Assembly: GCA_942493155.1 (NCBI GenBank)
Contig: OW818677.1
Location: forward strand, 2,169,302-2,201,301
Source of the DNA: an uncultured beta proteobacterium
GTDB taxonomy: Bacteria > Pseudomonadota > Gammaproteobacteria > Burkholderiales > Nitrosomonadaceae
Direction: 5' to 3'
DNA length: 32,000 nucleotides
In this document: positions 25,756-32,000 of the stretch, in pieces
How positions within the stretch are numbered: position 1 is the stretch's first letter
Layout of the letters: every line of letters starts with the position of its first letter
The notes under the pieces: model-generated
Told to the model about the DNA's origin: nothing
Database searches by the model: none
Seen by the model: only the letters and a program-made list of their open reading frames with translations
Program-made: the position numbers and the translations under genes

Positions 25756-26477
25756 TTTGTTTTTTCCTTTTGCTCATTTTTCAACTTATCGTTTGAAATA
25801 GCAGTCTCTAAATTTTCTTGACTTTTTTTAGTGAGCTCCAAAATTGCGTTTGATAAAACATCTGCTGATTCTCGAAGGGATATTATATTACCATCATTTA
25901 GTGTAATGGGACTAATAACTGAAACTTGAGAAATTTTTGTGCTCTGATCTTTTTCAAGATTACCTAAAAAAAAAGCAAGAAATGATATAAATGCAATTGC
26001 CACTGTATAGACAATTTGTCTATTTGTTTTATGAAGATTTAGCAAACGGAGATCGTTGTTTCGAGTATTTATTGATGAACATTCAACATAACTTCTCATT
26101 AAAAATTCCGTAAAATATTTGGAAGCCAAATCTACATCTTCAGAATATGGCTGATACATTTCTATAAGTTTATTACGATATTCTTCAGTCTCACATGCTG
26201 TTGGTAAAAATGAATATGTATAGTTGTACCATGATCTTATAAAAAAGAATATTGCACTTATCAAAATTGAAAATGTGATCGCTATTGATATTAAAAAAAT
26301 AATTTCAGCAGTAGAATATGATTTATGTTCATAATTCTGCAATAAAAAAGATAGCAACCCTACAATGGAAATAATAATGGTTAAAGGTATTTGTAATCGA
26401 GAGTTTAATTTTTCCCTTGTTTCTATTTCATGAAAGTACAATTTTTCATAGAGTTCAATAACTTGTTTTTTTTGCAT
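25752..26477 (-). CDS. Three-TM membrane protein of unknown function (241 aa), cargo of unit B
   Basis: TM helices are LTIIISIVGLLSFLL, IIFLISIAITFSILISAIFFFI and IVYTVAIAFISFLAFFLG, with a soluble insert between TM2 and TM3. Very AT-rich. Confidence 0.6.
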   Translation of the reverse strand: MQKKQVIELYEKLYFHEIETREKLNSRLQIPLTIIISIVGLLSFLLQNYEHKSYSTAEIIFLISIAITFSILISAIFFFIRSWYNYTYSFLPTACETEEYRNKLIEMYQPYSEDVDLASKYFTEFLMRSYVECSSINTRNNDLRLLNLHKTNRQIVYTVAIAFISFLAFFLGNLEKDQSTKISQVSVISPITLNDGNIISLRESADVLSNAILELTKKSQENLETAISNDKLKNEQKEKTK

Positions 26478-26657
26478 TATTTTTATATTATTTTTAAAAT
26501 TTAATTGCTCAAGGATATCAAATATGTGATTAACTTTGTAACTGCTTGTAATCTAGTCGTCGATGCAATATAAATAGTGGAATGATTAAACACACAGAAA
26601 CTTTTCCCTTCCATATGGTCATGGTTAAGGATTTTCTAAGCGTGCTCCGTGATTTTG

Positions 26658-27086
26658 TTAAGAAAAACTCTTATGCAAAATCCACCCGAACCGACTTTCA
26701 AGCACCAACTGCCGCCTATAGAAATCAGCTTTAACCTCAAGATTATTAATAACTTCATCACGCTTTTCCATTTCCAGCTTCAAAAAATCAATTTCTCGCT
26801 GTAAGCTCCAAATCTGCTGACATTTCCAGAATAAAGCCCTTATCTCATGCGGTGCAAATCCATTCCGCCACTCAGGAACATAAAACAAATTACCCACGAA
26901 GCGATATCCTTTCCATTCATCACCCAATAAAGCACTTGCATCACCAGTAAGATGCAGCCTTAAAAGCCTTAGCGTTGATTCTGGAATTGGCTTAGTTCCT
27001 TTTTTCCATTTCTTAATTACTTTTAGTTCTTCACCGGTAATTCTTTCTATTTCTTCTATGTTGATGCCATATAGTAGCTCGTTCAT
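26658..27086 (-). CDS. 142-aa phage regulatory protein, last gene of unit B (paralogue of 17560-17988)
   Basis: Gap-free alignment with 17560-17988, 91 of 142 residues identical. Confidence 0.6.
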   Translation of the reverse strand: MNELLYGINIEEIERITGEELKVIKKWKKGTKPIPESTLRLLRLHLTGDASALLGDEWKGYRFVGNLFYVPEWRNGFAPHEIRALFWKCQQIWSLQREIDFLKLEMEKRDEVINNLEVKADFYRRQLVLESRFGWILHKSFS

Positions 27087-27338
27087 TTTCTCAACCTAAA
27101 AGTAAAAACCAATCATTGCAAATTTCAAATGGTTTTCATTTCGATAAAAGAGACACGACAAGCAACGTATTCAGAAGTTGTTATTGCTTGTCGGATATGG
27201 GGATATTGAATGTGGAATGTTATTTTGAAAGGGTGGACAAATGATCAAAGCTGGTATTTTTGCACCCGTTGAGAAGCCTATCTAGGAATTCAGAAAATTT
27301 ATCGTATTTTCTGCGGAATTTATTTCTACGATTATTCA

Positions 27339-27366
27339 ATTTAACATAATACAAATTATCGGCAAT
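27339..27366 (-). other. dif-like Xer recombination site at the right end of the prophage array (possibly the reconstituted chromosomal dif)
   Basis: The reverse complement is ATTGCCGATAA-TTTGTA-TTATGTTAAAT. The XerD arm matches E. coli dif at 11 of 11 positions, and the whole site matches GGTGCGCATAATGTATATTATGTTAAAT at 22 of 28. Confidence 0.65.
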
Positions 27367-27592
27367 TACTTTATAATTTTTGCGGAATAGTTTTGCTCCA
27401 GACAGGATTTAAAAATGTTTTGTTATTTTGTAAATAGGCATTCTTTGCATTTTATGGAAATTCTGCAATTTCTCGGCTTCAATAGTTTCTGGATCAATGT
27501 TTTTTTATGGCTTCCGGTCAAGCTGTCTTTGCTTGAATTGAGGTTCAAGTATGGCTTTTTGGAAAATTACCTAGAAGAAAGGAAGAAGCCAA

Positions 27593-27757
27593 ATGAATCA
27601 GCGCAAGGAAAACATCAAGCCAGTTCTAGCGCGTAGCTATGCCGCAGCACATGGTTTGCGAGTTGGTCAAGTCATTCACTACTGCAGAACTGGAAAGATT
27701 AGCGGCGCGCGCTTTGATCGCGATTTGTGGCAATGGGTTTTACACCCACCTATATAG
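27593..27757 (+). CDS. Possible 54-aa small DNA-binding protein (excisionase/MerR-like HTH?)
   Basis: Hand-found ORF, MNQRKENIKPVLARSYAAAHGLRVGQVIHYCRTGKISGARFDRDLWQWVLHPPI, preceded by AGGAAG. Lies between the dif-like site and the RND genes. Confidence 0.3.
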   Translation: MNQRKENIKPVLARSYAAAHGLRVGQVIHYCRTGKISGARFDRDLWQWVLHPPI

Positions 27758-27801
27758 CCCTTATCAAATCTCTGCAACTCAATTCGATGTGATCGAATAG
27801 A

Positions 27802-30800
27802 TCAATCCGTTATGGGCAATTCACCCATTAAATCCTCTCTCAAAACAACATAACTGACTGGTACTAGAATTAAGGTGATGAAAGTTGCAAACATAATGCC
27901 AAATGCCAATGTAATCGACATAGGAAAAATTTTCTCGGCATGAGGACTTTGTTCACTCATGAGTGGCAACAGTCCTAAACAGGTAGTTGCCGTCGTTAAA
28001 AAGATGGCCCGAAAGCGCGCTTTACCGGCCAATAGGACAGCGTCATGCAATGAAACATTTTTTTTCCAAGTCTCATTAATTTTTTCAACCAGTATCAGAC
28101 TATCGTTAATTACGATTCCACCCACGGCAAATAACGCAACATAAGATTCGAGAGTCAAAGGGATTCTTAGCAGCAAGTGTCCCAATACAGCACCAATAAA
28201 ACCAAAAGGAATTGCCAGCATAATAATTAGCGGCTGCACATACGAACGCAAGGGGATTGCTAACAAAGCATATATTCCAAGCATCGCCAACGCGCCAAAC
28301 CCCCAAAGCTTTGATAGTGTTTCCTCTTGTTTCTGCCTGGATTGTCCTGGTTCAATTCTTAATCCTGGATATTGTGCTTCCAGCGCAGGGATCACCACCG
28401 TACGCAAATCGACAAGAATGTTTTCAACATCGACTTCATCTTTGTACACCTCCGCACTGATTAGTTGGATACGTTCGCGATTCTGGCGTGTAATGCTGGC
28501 AAATCCAGGCATATATACAGCTTCGGCTACAACGGAAAAAGGCGCGGTAGCGCCACTCGGTAGCTTGACCGGCATGTTGTACAGATTATCCAAAGAACGA
28601 CGATGCGTGGCAGGAAAACGTAACATTACTCTAACCTCGTTCCGATCCTGAAAGAATCGCTGCACTTCGAGTCCGAAGAATCCTTGACGGACTTGTTCAC
28701 CTAGGCTTTGCATGGTCAATCCGTGAAATGCCGCTTCAGGCTTAAGTTTCAAGCGCAATTCTGGTTTACCAGCCTGCATAGAACCAGTAATACTGTGAAC
28801 TCCTGTATAAGAAGACAGCTTGGCTTTCAGAATCTCCCCGGCAGCGCTTTGCATTGCGGTATCCGGCGCCATCAGTTTCAACTCAATCGCTTTAGCAGAT
28901 TGAGTAGCAGGCATGCCAAGATTTCGGGGCCAAAATGTCTGGAAAGACAACGTCGCATTTGAAGGCACTTCTCCAAAACGATCTTGCCAGCGTTTTTTAA
29001 TCTCATTCATGCGAGCCCGAATGCGTTCATCAATGGCAATCTCGATATCAACCATACCTACGTTTTCATCAAGAATTGAAATAATATGTTGAAAACTATC
29101 ACCAGACCCACCTTCCAAAGCACTAATACCCAGCTCCGCGTTCAGTTCTGCTCGAATTTGCTGTGCAATCTCCTCCAGACGTTTTACCTGGTGATCAACC
29201 TGCTCAAGTGCAGTGCCGGGACGAAATTCAATCTGTGCCAGCAAGTAATACTCGTTTACCTCCGCATCCATAACACTTGGGACACGTCCCGATAGAACCA
29301 GTGCGCCAACAATCAGCAATGCAACCGCAAATCCTGTCAGCGTGATATAGCGCAATCGTAATAGTACTAGCAACGTCGGTATATATATATGATTAATAAA
29401 CCTTTGTAATCCTGCATCTATACGTTCTTGAATATAGCCAATAGCAGACGACCAGACATTTTGTTTTGCGGTCGATGAATAATTGGTTGCCAAATGAGAA
29501 GGCAATATCAGCAATGCTTCCAACATTGAGAATGCTAAAGTCAGCATGATCACCAGGGAAATGTTATACATCAGGTTTCCGCTGAGTCCTGGCAGAAATA
29601 ACCCTGGAACAAAGGCAATCATTGTAGATAGCACCATCATGACGACCAATGGCGTTACTTCAAGGGTGCCACTGATGGCACCGGATAACCCTAAGCGTCC
29701 ACCCTGCTGGTGCGTGTAAATATTTTCACCGACCACAATGGCATCATCTGCTAACACACCCAATATCAAAATAAGCGCAGAAATTGAATAGCTATTCAAG
29801 GAAATACCAACTATTGGCATCAGCCAAAGCGCACCTAACAGGGATATCAGAATCCCGCTGCTTACCCATAATGCCAAATGAAATTTGAGTGTGAACATCA
29901 ATACCAAAAACACCAGTATAAAACCTGATATCGCATTTTCCATTAGCATGGATATATATTGCTCATAGTATTTCGACCAATCATCCCATGTCGTTACTTC
30001 AACACCTGGCGGCAATTGGGAACGAAATTCTGCAATAACCTGATGAACGGCCTCGACAGTCGTTTTAATCTGATCTTTGGTCATGACAACAATCTCTACT
30101 GCCGGTTGATTATCGACTCTGACCAGTAAATCTTGCTCACCGACAGTTTCTCGAATCTGTGCAATATCTCCTAATAGCAGATGTGCTCCCTGATAGGACG
30201 GACGTAATTCAATTGCTGCAAAATCAGCAACACTGAGTGCTTGCCCTTTACTTCTGAGTAACAATTTTCCATCCAGTTTTTTTAATTCACCCGCTGGAAT
30301 ATTTTGCGACGCATTTTGAATAGCCTCAGATACCTCTTCAAAGCTCAGTGCATAGCGACGCAAATCGGATTCTGTGATCTCAATCGCTATTTCATAAGGA
30401 TACTGTGGCCAGGAAGTGAGTATTCCGATATCAGGGTGTTTACTCAGCCGCGCTTTCAATTGATCGCGTTGCTGTTGTAGCGTTAACATATCCGCTTCAC
30501 CTCTTACCACGACAATCACTGCCGGCGTACCTGTTTTCAGTTCTTGGATATTCAGTTTCTCTATTTCTTTGGGCAAGACTGTTATCGCATCTATTTTCGC
30601 CTTAACAGCTGCTTGAAATTTTGTTGAACCAATAGCCGGATCAAATTCTATGGTGATTTCACATTGGGCTTGTTGTGCAACCGAATTGATATGCTTGATT
30701 CCTTCTAACTCATGTATGGCTTCTTCAATGGGGATGCATAATGCTTGTTCTACTTCGCTTGGTCCCGCGCTCGGATAAGCAGCGATGATTTGTAGTTGAT

Positions 30801-30927
30801 TCTGTGGCTCTGGAGGAAGTGTATATTTCTTGGATGAAATAATTCCTAAGATGCCTCCTGCAATGATCAACACCATCAGAAAATTGGCGGCAACAGGGTT
30901 ATTGGCAAACCAAATGATCAGTCTCAT
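27802..30927 (-). CDS. RND efflux transporter permease subunit (AcrB/HAE1-type)
   Basis: 1041 aa with 12-TM architecture and two large periplasmic loops. GVLADDAIVVGENI is a TM4 motif. Confidence 0.9.
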   Translation of the reverse strand: MRLIIWFANNPVAANFLMVLIIAGGILGIISSKKYTLPPEPQNQLQIIAAYPSAGPSEVEQALCIPIEEAIHELEGIKHINSVAQQAQCEITIEFDPAIGSTKFQAAVKAKIDAITVLPKEIEKLNIQELKTGTPAVIVVVRGEADMLTLQQQRDQLKARLSKHPDIGILTSWPQYPYEIAIEITESDLRRYALSFEEVSEAIQNASQNIPAGELKKLDGKLLLRSKGQALSVADFAAIELRPSYQGAHLLLGDIAQIRETVGEQDLLVRVDNQPAVEIVVMTKDQIKTTVEAVHQVIAEFRSQLPPGVEVTTWDDWSKYYEQYISMLMENAISGFILVFLVLMFTLKFHLALWVSSGILISLLGALWLMPIVGISLNSYSISALILILGVLADDAIVVGENIYTHQQGGRLGLSGAISGTLEVTPLVVMMVLSTMIAFVPGLFLPGLSGNLMYNISLVIMLTLAFSMLEALLILPSHLATNYSSTAKQNVWSSAIGYIQERIDAGLQRFINHIYIPTLLVLLRLRYITLTGFAVALLIVGALVLSGRVPSVMDAEVNEYYLLAQIEFRPGTALEQVDHQVKRLEEIAQQIRAELNAELGISALEGGSGDSFQHIISILDENVGMVDIEIAIDERIRARMNEIKKRWQDRFGEVPSNATLSFQTFWPRNLGMPATQSAKAIELKLMAPDTAMQSAAGEILKAKLSSYTGVHSITGSMQAGKPELRLKLKPEAAFHGLTMQSLGEQVRQGFFGLEVQRFFQDRNEVRVMLRFPATHRRSLDNLYNMPVKLPSGATAPFSVVAEAVYMPGFASITRQNRERIQLISAEVYKDEVDVENILVDLRTVVIPALEAQYPGLRIEPGQSRQKQEETLSKLWGFGALAMLGIYALLAIPLRSYVQPLIIMLAIPFGFIGAVLGHLLLRIPLTLESYVALFAVGGIVINDSLILVEKINETWKKNVSLHDAVLLAGKARFRAIFLTTATTCLGLLPLMSEQSPHAEKIFPMSITLAFGIMFATFITLILVPVSYVVLREDLMGELPITD

Positions 30928-32000
30928 GGGACCGACTGCTCATTTGGATTATCTGGATTATTTTCTATCGTTCGAATCGCCGCCTCATCACTGGATTGAT
31001 CAATAAATATCGGTTGAACCTGCATTCCTTCAATCGGATAAGGAATTCCCGCCACAAGGACATTTTCTCCTTGGTTTAGTCCAGCAGAGATCATTACCTG
31101 CTCACGTTCCCGCTTCAATACCTTTACCGTGCGAAATTGCAATTGATTGTGATGATCGACCACAGCAACTTGGCTATTCTTGATTAGCGCACTCGCCGGC
31201 AGGATTGCCAAATGGTCTACCCATCGTCCCTCAATTATGGCTTCCACGAACAAACCCACAGGCAAACCAACAACTGAAGTAGCCTTTACGGTTGGCGAGC
31301 TGGACTTGGTGGCTTCAATCCCAAAGGGGTCACGAACTTGTGCGATCACTGCCATCATGCCGGTGTCTTTATCAATTATCCCTTCACTACGCACGATATG
31401 ACCTTGCCAAATACGATCCTGACCTTGATAAAATGCTGATAACGTAACCTTGGCCATCTTAGGCGATTGGTTGCGATCGGATAGATCGGGAAATTCTACA
31501 AATGCCAAATCGGAAGTGTTTATGGGCAAGCGGATTTCAACCAGGTCGCTGCTATACACTCTGCCCAATACCGTGCCACTGCTAATATATTGCCCAATTC
31601 CCGCTAATTTGCTGCGCACCCTTCCATCAAAAGGCGCACGGATACTGGTTCTTGATTGCAATAGCTTGGCATTCTCTAGCTCCGCCACCTCCGCTGCCAA
31701 CTTGGCACGCTTCTCCTCTAATTGTGGTATGCGCAAACTCAGTGGACTCGGAGTCCCTTGCCCTAAATGTTCCCATTCATCCCGAGCTTGCTCGGATTCG
31801 GCTTTTTCACGAACTAACTGATAACGTGCTTCCATCACTTTGGCGTTGGCCTGAGTGACTCTGAGTTTATAGTCCGATGGATCGATTTCTATCAATACAT
31901 CTCGTTTTTTGAAAAAACCACCCTCCACGAAATTGGGTGCAACTTTGATAACATGACCAGACACCTCTGCAACCAAATCAATCTCAGTATGCGCTATTAC
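30924..32000 (-). CDS. RND efflux periplasmic adaptor (membrane fusion protein), 5' end beyond window
   Basis: The frame stays open to base 32000, so the track's M is a TTG artefact. EVSGHV..V..F.EGG.. is a lipoyl-like motif, followed by a coiled coil and beta-barrel. It overlaps the permease start by 4 nt. Confidence 0.85.
   Translation of the reverse strand, partial: VIAHTEIDLVAEVSGHVIKVAPNFVEGGFFKKRDVLIEIDPSDYKLRVTQANAKVMEARYQLVREKAESEQARDEWEHLGQGTPSPLSLRIPQLEEKRAKLAAEVAELENAKLLQSRTSIRAPFDGRVRSKLAGIGQYISSGTVLGRVYSSDLVEIRLPINTSDLAFVEFPDLSDRNQSPKMAKVTLSAFYQGQDRIWQGHIVRSEGIIDKDTGMMAVIAQVRDPFGIEATKSSSPTVKATSVVGLPVGLFVEAIIEGRWVDHLAILPASALIKNSQVAVVDHHNQLQFRTVKVLKREREQVMISAGLNQGENVLVAGIPYPIEGMQVQPIFIDQSSDEAAIRTIENNPDNPNEQSVP

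Larger units (their letters stand above)
18202..27366 (+). mobile_element. Filamentous prophage unit B, apparently complete (about 9.1 kb between the two dif-like sites)
   Basis: Inovirus gene order is present: repressor, Rep, ssDNA-binding-size ORF, major coat, minor coats, g3p, g6p, zot. Cargo and the regulator follow. The unit is bounded by 28-mers sharing the central TACAAA. Confidence 0.75.

Noticed and set aside
25594-25821. Plus-strand ORFs 25594-25821 and 25610-25801, encoding WRWRWR and GGGGGGG tracts
   Set aside because: These are mirror-frame readings of the GGTGGA-type repeats. Neither has a convincing start context. The minus strand gives two ORFs with duplicated start contexts, one coupled by ATGA to the upstream gene, so I prefer the minus-strand reading.
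27415-27636. 73-aa plus-strand ORF right of the dif-like site
   Set aside because: Low-complexity F/L-rich translation of AT-rich DNA with no ribosome-binding site. The short 27593-27757 ORF in another frame looks more gene-like.

Overview
Chromosomal window from a moderately AT-rich Gram-negative bacterium, probably a beta- or gamma-proteobacterium. No rRNA, tRNA or CRISPR array was recognised. Bases 1-10128 are ordinary housekeeping genes: thiD', thiE, hemL, dihaem cytochrome c4, a SPOR-like protein, map, rph, rdgB, a PEP-CTERM protein, the fghA-frmA formaldehyde detoxification pair and a low-molecular-weight tyrosine phosphatase. Bases 27802-32000 hold an RND efflux permease and its adaptor. 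Between them (about 10.8-27.4 kb) lies a tandem array of two related filamentous (Inovirus-like) prophages that ends at a dif-like 28-mer. Unit A (10844-18201) is 5'-truncated inside its g3p-like gene, which also carries an IS5-family insertion. Unit B (18202-27366) looks complete: repressor, rolling-circle initiator, ssDNA-binding-size ORF, major coat, minor coats and Zot. No secretin or integrase is present, which fits Xer/dif integration. Each unit carries a different AT-rich cargo module in the same slot, between zot and a conserved 142-aa regulator gene. Unit A carries hicB with a decayed hicA, plus a translationally coupled DUF262 (ParB-like, DGQQR) and HEPN (Rx4H) gene pair. Unit B carries a second Rx4H HEPN-like protein, a secreted protein, and an opposite-strand operon of a 3-TM membrane protein with two tiny polyproline ORFs. 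The DUF262-HEPN pair is my best candidate for an undescribed defence or abortive-infection system. The unit B cargo is the second candidate. All functional calls rest on motifs read by eye and on gene order. No database search was possible.
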